Source: Phoronis australis
Lineage: Eukaryota; Animalia; Phoronida
DNA: 64,000 nucleotides
Assembly: GCA_002633005.1 (NCBI GenBank)
Contig: NMRA01000008.1
Location: 1,724,879-1,788,878 of the forward strand
Direction of reading: 5' to 3'
The notes beneath the pieces were generated by a model. It was not told the DNA's origin. It saw only the letters and a list, made by a program, of their open reading frames with translations, and did not search any database. This document shows positions 51,640 through 62,063 of the stretch, piece after piece. Both the position numbers and the translations under genes were made by a program. Numbering within the stretch: the first letter of the stretch is position 1; the number at the start of each line of letters is the position of its first letter.

Positions 51640-51908
51640 CATGGGGGCACCCGGGGGGGGGCTCAAACGAGCCCCCCAATTTCGCGAATTGGGCAAAAAG
51701 GTCCGCCTCAGTGAAACAAAAAGTCCGAGTAAACTAGACAAAAGTCCACAAAATCCACGGGAAGTCGGCGCGGATGTACGGTTCGTGGACCTGAACCTAG
51801 TCCCCCCGTTTTATTTTTTTAGTCCTCGTTGATTTCTTTCTGTAAAAGGTCCGCATATCGAAAAATTCGAGCCCCCCCCCCCTATATTTTAGCCTGGGTG
51901 CGCGCATG
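51640..51908. mobile_element. MITE family 'CATGCGCGCACCC', copy 1, with perfect 5-bp TSD TTATG
   Basis: TIRs catgggggcaccc / gggtgcgcgcatg. Removing it restores the LINE frame KSDINDAVSSF. Confidence 0.85.
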
Positions 51909-52360
51909 TTATGTCACTTTTATTTAGTATTTCAGTCCAGTTAAATGTGGTTATGTCGGTGCGCAGTTTGTCCATGTTAATGAGGTTGTAATTCCACGTC
52001 TTTTTGTTAATGGCGGGTTCTTTAGGTGCACAGGTGAGTGTGAATGGCACCGAGAACGGGACAACTGCTAAGGGCAATTTCGGAAGTAATTTGACGGCGT
52101 TGGTATGGAGAGGGGGAAGTAGTAACGACAGCGCTGGGCAGACCCGATTCTCTGGGCCTGTCACAGTTGTATATCAGCATGAAAGAAGAACCCACGCAGA
52201 TGCGGTACGTGCCCCGAAACTCAAAGAACATTTTTAATTAAGTATTTATATTAAACAAATTACATATCATAGACTTAACAATAAAGAACGATAAAAATCT
52301 TCGCCTCATCTCTACTTTATCATAAAAATTCGACACACACTAGTATACAAACAGTTTTAT

Positions 52361-52732
52361 CAGGGTCCGGGGTCTAATCTTTTTACTCGAAATCCAGCTC
52401 GAATTTTTCGCAATTCTCCTTTCTACTTTAAGACAAGCTCAACATAAATGATGGTAGTTCTATTCTCTACTGAATACATTATGGTTTACGTGACTGACTG
52501 TGTAATCTTAGTTGGCACTTGATAACCACGGCATTTAAGCTAAAATTTCGAACTCGAAATTTCGAGTTTTTACTTGAAATCTAGGGGTCATCAAGTCCGA
52601 AATTCGACTAGAAAGGCATTTGCATGAATCATAGTGTACTGGAGAATAGAACAGGTGTTACTTATCTTGAGTTCGTAATAAAGCAGGACGGAAATTTTCG
52701 ATTTCGAGTACCCAGATTAAACCCTGGGCCCA
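52361..52732. mobile_element. MITE with imperfect TIRs
   Basis: cagggtccggggtctaatct versus agattaaaccctgggcccag. Internal ctcgaaat/tttcgagt repeats and gggtcatcaagt are shared with the small inverted repeat at 26370-26483. Confidence 0.55.
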
Positions 52733-54312
52733 GCCATATGCACACTAAACGATACAACTATTCTTTAACAGCTGGTAAACATGAAACTTCATTCAGACAG
52801 TCATTTCACACATTGATCTGTTTTTAGACAACCAGATAATGCGTTTTTCATGTCAATATCAGTCCTGTTTCCGTAACTGATGAAAGAACAGCCTATCCCG
52901 CTGTATTACACGTGTTCAAATTATCCGATGCAATGACGCGACCAACACTCAGTAGTTAGTTTACTAAAGCATTATACAGTTCGTGATACAAGACTGCCAT
53001 AATTGCTTCTAAATTTCCTTTTGTACTGATAAAATTTATTGCATAGACTTTAATTAACAACACTCGTTTTTTGGGTTCGTATGTCAATAAAACTGTTATC
53101 ATAGATTTGTTGTAGTTCGTTATTTCCGATTATTTCATTAAATTTATTTTTGGTTCTAAGATTTCAATAAATATAAGTTGCAATCTGAATAAGAAATATA
53201 ACGCATTTTGCGCTTTAAGAACATAATTTCTTTTATCGTAATTATTCTTTGGTTAACCCTTATACGACTTTAAAAAGGCCTACGATTACATTTTCACTGG
53301 TGAACGAAGTTAACCGTTTTCTGAACTTCGAATGACTGAAATTTCGATACTATTTGCATGAAATGTGGACTAGAGCCAATGCCGTGAATGCGGATCGAAG
53401 TCCCTTCTGAAACCACGCATTCATGATGATTGCCTGTTTGAACTTTCTTTTGAAAAGTCGATTAGGAGAAAATTGTTTCACATTTCTGCCCGCAAAATCA
53501 GGTCATTGTAACAACTCGCCGGTCTGGGGAACAAAAATGCAGTGCAGTTCTTTCCTAATTCATAACAGGCTAAGTATAAAATTGAATTTTCTTACTGTCA
53601 GTGAAACTCCCCTTATCGTGCTATATATGTTTCAGTGTTGTCAATTATTGAACACATCACTCTTCCTAAATTAGTTACACTTTATAATAGGTCTTCTGCA
53701 TACTCAAGAAAATTAAAATTGGCAAAACAGGGGCGCGTCAAGAGATCTTTAGGTTCGCATCAAACTGTCGATTCGATTCTGTTGTGCTTTCTACGTATTT
53801 ATGGCACAGAAACGCAGAGAAAATGTGACTTTCGTTTGTGCTCAACCATTCGGTAGAAACTTTACAGCATATTCACACTTCAAATCGTGTCACATTTTTT
53901 ATTGACTGTTTGTGCCCTAGTACGCACGCGCTTTTTCAGGCGGGTCCTCTCAAGGAAAGGTGACCGTTTTGCATCTTCCCAGCGTCGGTCCTCTTTTCTG
54001 GATTCACACCCAGTCTGGATTCGCGGGAATGGAACTTAGCTAACCCTTGCTCAACAACTTTAACTTATGGTGAAAGTCCCACGCAGCGCCATCTTTGGAA
54101 ACCATCGTTTTGGCTTATGTTTTAGGTGAAACCCTTTGTTTTTTAACGTCAAATTTCTAAGTGTTCCTAATTTCACATGATAAAAGCCATGGAGCGAATA
54201 GTGTTCAATGATCACGCCAATGGCCCATAATTTGCTACGGCTAACTTGATACAGTTTGAAGTTTGCGATTTCGGCTTGACCTACTAGCGCTGTGTGGGCA
54301 TTTTACTTGAGC

Positions 54313-57300
54313 TTACATGAGTGCGATTACCAAAACCAATGCAACTGTTGTAATAAAGCTTGTCACTCTTGAGGCGGATGCTGCGACGTCTTTCATTGTT
54401 GACAACGGATGAGAGCACTGGTTTGAAGTGCAACAGCTCTGTACAAAGCATTTCTTTGACTGAAATATCGACATTCAAGTATGACTAGTCAGTTTATTGC
54501 ATTCTCATTTAGAAATTCATGTTCAGAGTATGCCCCTAAATATGTTCCGACTTCCAAGATTGTTACTAGACATGAAATTGGCACTGTTTGCAAAATAGCA
54601 TCACTCAACAAGTAATTTAAACTCATGCGCGCACCCAGGGGGCTCGGACGGGAACTCGAACGAGCCCCCTATTTGGCAAAGTGGTCAAAAAAGTCCGCCT
54701 CAAAGAAACAAAGAGTCCGTGAAATGGAGACGAAAGTCCACTAAACACACAATTTACAGCTCTGAACGTTTTTTAGTCCTTCAGCTTTGGTTTTGTTCGT
54801 AAAAGGTACACATCGTCAGAAATTCGACCCCCCCCCCTGGTGCGAGCATGAATATATGATAACTTCCTCAACTAATGTGTTCCCGAATGATGAAATTTGG
54901 TTTTCAGATGATACGACTTGAGCAAAGCCAAGTTGACATCATTGCGTTAAAGTATGCAATGGTTCATTCAAATAAACAATAAAAAGTTTTCATAACTTAA
55001 AGCTTTGAGACAGTTTCATTTCCAGTGGAAAGACAAAAACACGATGCATATACAATGGGTAAACTTACGTCTGTGCCAACGAAATGGCATAATTTCCCAG
55101 TTGCACTGGCACACGTCTGTCCTGCAATTAATGATGTCATGTCTTCGCTGCATCCAACTGTCATCTTCTTCGTTTCCCTCTCGTAAACCGCCTGCGTGCA
55201 TAGAATTAGCGATATTTAAAATAAATTATTAAACCAGAATAGTATCTAAACTACTCTTCGTAGTTTACTTTATCGCTGAATTCATCGTCCTTTTCAGTGA
55301 ATTTTAGAAAAATACCCAAACTTTCTTTTAAGTTTGCATTTAGCATTGTGTCATCATGCAAGCATCGTAACGGAGGGAAGTTTATTCTCAGCGCAAGTGA
55401 AAGCTAAGTTGACCATATCCCGCGAAGCCTTATGTAAACTCAGTCATCGCTTGGCTCTATAAAAGTCTGTTTTATGGACAAACACCAGACGATGATCGTG
55501 AAAAACAAAATGGAAACTAATCCTTACCCAGCATTCCGAATCAGCTGATGAGCACGTCTTGTCAGTTAGTGAACAGGTGTCGCTTCCGGTTGCGGTGCAT
55601 GAGCTACACACTCGGGGCTGTAAATCAAACAAATATTTAGTGATTTTACCGACTGCATAGGTAGACGTTTTAACTTAGAACCAGTTTGCAGCCCAATGTT
55701 TAATAAAGGAAACTGGTTATCAAAATCTGGGACATTTTTAAGTGAATATCAGCCTGACGTTAGGTTCAAAAATGGTAGATTGTCACCACGTTAACTAGCG
55801 AGTTTTTGAAAGAGAACTCATTCTTAAAACTGATTAAATCAGTACGTCTGGGATATTTCCCATGAAAACCCGACCGGTGACTATCCTGCATTCCAACAGC
55901 AAGCTATACTATAAAGAGATGTCAAATTTTCACACTTTTTTTGTTATTCGTCATATTAAACTATCTTTGTAGTTCAATTACTTCTAATCACCCACAGTGG
56001 GTTAATTACGATGTTCAGTGATGACGTGCCATGGCAGTAGATGACGCAATTTGGAACGGGAAATAAGACATGCAGTTGCACCGGGCTCAAGACGTCATAA
56101 TGACGTCAAAATGACACGTTAAACCTTCCTATTATTTGCGCATACACAAGTGTCATCAAGTTTTCGTAATTGTAGTAACAAATAAACAACACGTTAGCCA
56201 TTGATAAATAAAGTATTGGTTGAGAAAAGACAGGGTAGGAGTTCCATTCACTGCTTCATATACATCTACTTGTTGTATTTTGTTACTCACCAGTTTAACG
56301 ACTGTTGCTGTTGCGGAGATTGAGCTAACATCCACCGTCGATCCACCTAAGGTGGTTCCACTGTTGACTGCGGTTTTCAGAGTGCTGGTTACTGTCTCGG
56401 CAATAGCTGTCGTGTTGACTGTACCAGATGTAGGTGTGTCCACTGTTATTTTGAATTCGACAATAATACTTCCGTTTCTAAATAAACAAAAAGACTGTCC
56501 ATCATCGACGTTATTCGGAGGCCAATCTTTTCACCAATAAAGTTAACCAATGCCAGTGCTATTAAGTTGATTAAAAAATAAAACTTATGACCGGAGGCTT
56601 GTTCCATGAAAAGTGACAAAAGACTAAAGTCAGAAATCTGGTCTTGCGCTCCACGCAATTATTTCTGAAAAAAAAACAATTAAATCTCACCTGAACTTAA
56701 GGGCAAAATCTCTGAGAATATATACGTAATTGGTTCTTACTGAGATACTCTTCATAATTTATGTCTTGACTGTCACGTGCTCATAATAACTTGGCTGAAA
56801 GTTAGGTGGGAGCGCGAGACCAACCTCCCGTTCAGTAACGCTAGGACCTAGCTTAAAAGCAAGACTTTGCGAGATTACGCGAGATATTGCCATGTATTTT
56901 AAATAAGAGCACGTGACCTTGACTAGCTTTTGGCTAGGTCCTAGCGTAGGTCCTAGCGTCTACTGAAGGCACGCCAAATTTCTGTTTTAAACATACTCGT
57001 TCTACTTCATTTTAGTTAAAATCTTTATAAAAAGGATATTAATACAAGTTAGTTCCGTCAAATAATGTTCATTCAACATAACTATATATTTTCAAGATAG
57101 ACTGAGTTTAATATGAATTTTTAGTGTTTAATTTTTATTTTTGGTTGTGCACCACCACCTAAAATGGCCACCGTCATCAATTGTCGTCATAAGTAATGCG
57201 AGTTCCGCGGAAACTCCGCCTACTTTTAATTAATAGTAAAAGAAACCAATCACAAACAGGGCTGAAAGTTACGAAACTCAGGGAACCACTTTAGATTTTA

Positions 57301-60300
57301 GCTGTCCTTCATTACTACTAACTTGTTGTTATAATAAGAGTTCATGGCAACCACGCAAAAAGTTTCTATGCCTACTTACTTGAATCCAGTCACTTCAACT
57401 TTCTTAAAACCCGACATATTCTTGTATATTTCGGTAAGCTGCAATAAGGAATTCAGTAGGATATGAGTTTGTAAGTGATATCGATGAGCAGCAATCTTTA
57501 ATCAATTCGTAGTACTTTTTATTTAGTTAAATTGAAAATTCCTTGGTAGCTACGCTCTTTTGTAACAGAGAGTCCATCAGATTGGTTTTACTTATAGGCT
57601 TAAAACAAGTAAAAATCTGTATTCTGGTGAACTTTGAACTCTGATGCCATTTCGCCTAAATAACCTCTAAAATAACTGGTGCTGACATTGAGGTTACTAA
57701 ACAAAGTTAAATCTTATGAATTCATAAAAAACGTCTTGTTTTAGTTTTTATCGATACTGTAAAACTGTTTATCTCTTATGTATTTAAAAAACAGAACGCA
57801 TAAAATACAACTATTCTACCGCTTTGGTGTAAACTTCCGCTTAGAGTGTTCACAAAAATATAGAAAATCTTCAACTTTATGATGGTTTATTTACGAGGAC
57901 ATATTTTCCTGTCACGATTAATTCAGATGTGCAAGGTTTAGTTCATGAAAATCTTCTTACCTCGTTTCCAATTTTCGCAGATTCGTTTTTAAATTTTTCC
58001 GAAGTTGTATCAGCCAACTCCGCGCTGTAAGTGGCTTGTAATTTTACTGAAGCCTTCACTTCGGTAACTGAAATGATAAAATACATTGTCTCACGTGCGA
58101 GTCTCGGAAATTATGAAATCGTGATCCCACGCTTGATTTTAAGAAAACAGAATACACCTAAACCTGCATTGTAGTCAAATTTGTGTAAGGTGGGCCAGAG
58201 ACCTGATAGCATATATCAAACATCAGGACATAAAAGTATGGACCATTGGAACTTAAACGCTAGGTTCAACTAAATAAATATGAAAGCCGCGTAGGCACGT
58301 CATATTGCAGGTGTCGAGCTTCCTTGAAGTTAAGGAAAATCTTAACTGGATAAGGAAAATTTTGAGACTTAAGGAAAATTTGAGACTTTTCTTAAGGAAT
58401 TGCCAAAAGATATTATTAAGGAAAAATGTCACATTTTAAGGAAAACTCAGAAAACGGCATGGGCCCCAGGGACGCGACGTTTATCACTCGTAAAAGTGAA
58501 TTCAAATACAAAGGGACGGAAATTGCGTCATGTTGTTAAAGTAAAAGCTACCAGTCTTGATGATGCTCAGGGTCTTACCTGTTTCAGGTGCTTTTGTCTG
58601 TAAAACAAAAGAATTGAATTGAACTCGTACGTTTGCTGTAATACTTAAAACATTTCGTAAACTTTAACCATACCTCTTCTAGTTTGTATAAAATTTTGTA
58701 AAGTACATCATCAGGCCATTTCTTTTGCTGTAGAAGACAGCCAAAGCTCTAGCGTGTAAGATTTCACTGAAGTCAGACGAAGAACATGGATTCGTCTCAA
58801 ACTTAACGGAGACATTTTACCTGAGAAAAAATGATTTATATAGTCACAGAAAAACCTATATCGAATTTCGTCTGAATACCGCTTTAAAGCTCCGCCACGT
58901 ATAGGGACCATGGCAGAGCAAGCTCTAAAACTTTTTCATTTACCGCAAATAAAGTTGTACAGTGTTTATTCATCTGTTTGCCTTTACGTACCGGGGCTTG
59001 TGTTGTAGTCGTGGTGGTGGTAGTAGATGTGGTTGTGGTGTCCGCGGCTGCCGCTGCCGTAGAGGCCGCTGCCGTCGAGGCGGCTGCCGCTGCAGTCGAG
59101 GTGGCAGCTGCCGCTGCAGTCGAGGCTGTTGTCGCTGCAGTAGAGGCGGCTGTTGATGCAGTCGAGCCAGCTGCGGCTGCTGTTGTCCCGGTGGTAGCTG
59201 CTACTGTGGTGGTGGAGTTCCCTGATGTTGCGCTCAGGGATGTTGTTGTGTCTGCTGATGCTGTGGTCGATGAATTTGTGGCGTTTGCCTGCACTCCTGC
59301 TGTGGTTGTCTCACTGTTAGCTGCGGCTGTGACGTTACTTGTTACTGCAGACTGAAATGAAAGTTAAAGGTTTTACTTATCGCTCAAATCACTAAGTTTG
59401 CTATTTTGGATCTTAAGCTGAGGCCCGCCCCAAACTATGCTATGGCACTGAGTAACATTTGGAAATCGCAACATGCAAACAGTTAAGTTCAGGCTGAAAT
59501 CTTCGTAAATTAAGAAAACAAAAATATTTTAAGGAATAAAGGTTTTATACGTACGCTAGTTGTCGCTGCCTCCGTCGAGTTCGAAGTGTCATTGGACATA
59601 GTTGTAACAACTGGCGCTGCTGTCGTTGCATTTGCCGACTCTGTAGTATTCGATGACTCTGTTGTGGAGTTGGCAGAGGCAGTGGCGACATCGAAGACGA
59701 CACCTAGCGGCAATAATATATTTGAACAGGGATGTGTTCCGTCGACGCAAGACACTCGTGAGTAAAGCTGGAATGACTTTTGCAACGCATGGCCACATCT
59801 CGCGCAGACTTGCGTGATCGTGTTTTTGCTTAAGAAACCTGCTTTACGGAACACTGGTCTGGTAAACACATCCAGACAGATTTTGAGTTCAAAAACTTTG
59901 AATTTAATTTTTAATTTAGCTTATATTGCCCAAAATGCAGAAAAAAATCGCAGATTGTTTTAGAAATTCACAGTTTTGAAGAAAACCAACATAGCCACGT
60001 GGTTGGTGTTTATGTAAAACATTAAGTTCACTTTAACTCTACTGAGCAGGCCGCAGAAAACTAAAGGTGCTTATTTGGTGACTGCATAAATTCCAGAAAA
60101 AATTATAATTTTTTCACCGAGAGATTTCAACCCAGTCCACATGATATAAAATCGATCCCAGAGAGTATCAAACGACAGGTGTACAGCTTTCATTCATCTC
60201 CGCAGTGATGAGAACACATGACGCCACCCTTGAAAGGTACTTTTAAGTTTAAAATACCTTACCCAAACGATTTGTGTTGAAGGGATAAACAGCGAGATAA

Positions 60301-60679
60301 AGAAATTAGGTTACCTACTTCTCGCTCAAAATGTAATTTGAAGTGCACATGAGCGTTTGGTCAGTTCCGGGGCGTTGTAATCCCACATTTTTCACTTTGT
60401 TAATCCAGCGTTGTTCAGAGTTCTCCCACCGTTTAAGTGCCGATTTTATTTACTGGAGCTCATTCCTTCCAACTTCACTCAATATTATCTACCTGAATGT
60501 TGACTCAATTCTCACGGCAGAAGAGTGTTTGTTTGTCCGGAAGCTTGGAAATCGTATATTTACCCCGCCAAATCAAATGAATATAATGACGCATTATTTT
60601 CATAGGTAGTAAATCAGTTACGGTACTCACCAAATGTAAGTGCCAGTAGAAAAATGAACAATGCGCACTGTATCTTCAT
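54313..60679 (-). CDS. Uncharacterised GPI-anchored mucin-like protein with SEA and Ly6/uPAR-like Cys-rich domains, ~429 aa
   Basis: Exons 60679-60631 (signal peptide MKIQCALFIFLLALTFG), 59703-59555 and 59351-58992 (T/A/S-rich), 58597-58579 (19 nt), 58067-57961, 57438-57380 and 56477-56291 (SEA: YSAELADTTSEKFK...VTGFKNGSIIVEF), 55617-55528, 55191-55069 and 54459-54313 (12 Cys, ending CCTSNQCS, then hydrophobic tail FITTVALVLVIALM-stop). All GT-AG, 1290 nt in frame. Confidence 0.85.
54624..54850. mobile_element. MITE family 'CATGCGCGCACCC', copy 2 (last intron of the mucin gene)
   Basis: catgcgcgcacccagg...cctggtgcgagcatg. Internal aacgagcccc/aaaagtccgcctca are shared with 51640-51908. Confidence 0.8.
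56824..56973. mobile_element. Short inverted-repeat element; partial copy at 51236-51300
   Basis: ttcagtaacgctaggacctagc...gctaggtcctagcgt...tactgaa. The first ~65 bp are near-identical to 51236-51300. Confidence 0.6.
58325..58447. repeat. Cluster of TAAGGAAAA motifs (probable MITE subterminal repeats)
   Basis: About 6 copies of taaggaa(aa) visible. Confidence 0.5.
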
Positions 60680-61243
60680 TTCTTTCCTGTAATGTAAATA
60701 CAGCATTTTAATTACATCGTTTCAGTTCATAAGCACACGCCTAAAATTATCATTCTCTGGAAATTTAATTACAAATTATTAATTTGTGTTACGGAATTAT
60801 TAGTTATTAGGTCACGGAGAATATTTAACCACAGTGTTTATATTTTACCTCTAATAAATTTCCAACTTTGTCAGTCCCATCATTTGTGGAAATCAGATTT
60901 ACCTACTTTTGTATGTTAATATGAGCCAATGCAGAGACTAAGCGTATACATTTTTATGTTCTTTATCGGGCAATAATATTTGAATTACAAAAAAACGATT
61001 AACTTTACTGTTAAATATAACCCCCTTACTATAAAATTTTCGTGTTTACCGCTGGCATGTTCCTCGCTGATTAGAAATAAACTGTTTTCGCAATTGCGTA
61101 TTGGAGAGACCGAACATACATGAAAATATAACTTCTAAAACAAGTGAGAAACTTCTCTAAAATTATTCTACTCGCCACATGATTTTTAGATTTGTGCTAA
61201 TACACGTTTGAGGTAATTATAGAATCTAAATATAATTACTCAC

Positions 61244-61345
61244 CTATTTTAAGCGAGGTGGTGCAATACTGTACTTCGAAACAAGTTTCAGAACGACGAA
61301 TTTCCTTTTGCGCGTCTTCTTTCTCTCACAGTATATTTATGAATG
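61244..61345 (-). promoter_or_regulatory. Putative non-coding first exon and TATA-like box of the mucin/SEA/Ly6 gene
   Basis: Strong minus-strand donor ag|gtgagt at 61243, acceptor at 60687 just before the ATG, and ATAAATATA at ~61340-61332. Confidence 0.5.
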
Positions 61346-61824
61346 GGAGAATACAAACGTCATTGTGATTCCTAAGAACCATGGAAACTCGGCTTATTTT
61401 GACAACCGCGGGTGGTGGGATCAATGAATCGCTCTCCCCTACTAAGTGGGATGAGAATACCATTAATTGGCTTCATCGAATTTTCCAGTTATCGATATTC
61501 ATTCTGTTGATTTCCACAGGAGTGGAATTTTGTTTGAAGTTCGTAATGATTTTTACATTGGCAGGGTCGCTGTGCGTCTGAAGACAGCATAAAAGAACAG
61601 AGAGCGTTTCCCGTCAAAACTAAACGAGACCCCTAGCTTTGTCGACAGTGATACAAATTATTCTCATCTCTGTCTTTATCTCAATTACGCATTGGTTTCA
61701 GTATTAGCATTTGGAGTTATGCATTATGAAAGGAGTTAATTGATTAAGTTACCAAGGGGAAAATGATGTCAAACAATATCAGTAGGTCGATATGTATATA
61801 TTAGTTTATGGATATTATCGTTCG

Positions 61825-62063
61825 CATGCGTGCACCCAAGGGGGCGGGTGGCTCGGGGGGGGGGCTAGAACGAAGTGAGCAAAAAGGTCCTCCTCAGAGA
61901 GACAAAAAACTCCGAAAAAAGTAGAAAGCGAGACAAAAGAGTCCACTAAAAAGGCAGGAACTACCAAAATTCGGCGGATGCACATAGCCCCGTGAATCTT
62001 AGCAAAAGTTCCACATTCTCAAAAACTCCAGCCCCTCCATTTTTTAGGTTGGGTGCGCCCTTC
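61825..62063. mobile_element. MITE family 'CATGCGCGCACCC', copy 3
   Basis: catgcgtgcacccaagg...ttgggtgcgccc. Internal gcaaaaaggtcc-cctcag is shared with the other copies. Confidence 0.7.

Larger units (their letters stand above)
50676..52010 (-). mobile_element. Internally deleted LINE ORF2 of the same family, opposite orientation, carrying nested MITEs
   Basis: Minus translation gives the linker region KTWNYNLINMDKLRTDITTFNWTEIL...KNKPWL, an RT piece [20 protein letters not shown]...YADDT (51235-50957) and the post-RT region LVLPHLDY...LQLERLKYLAALATTGAY. Confidence 0.85.

Noticed and set aside
52860-52930. Hammerhead ribozyme (CTGATGA followed by a gaaca/tgttc stem)
   Set aside because: The required GAAA after stem II reads CAAA, and I could not build stems I and III.
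58962-59355. Plus-strand Val/Ala-rich and Cys/Arg-rich ORFs
   Set aside because: Antisense frames of the low-complexity mucin exon.
8220-60679. U12-type introns or Sec/readthrough recoding
   Set aside because: No modelled donor matches RTATCCTT, and no model needs an in-frame TGA.
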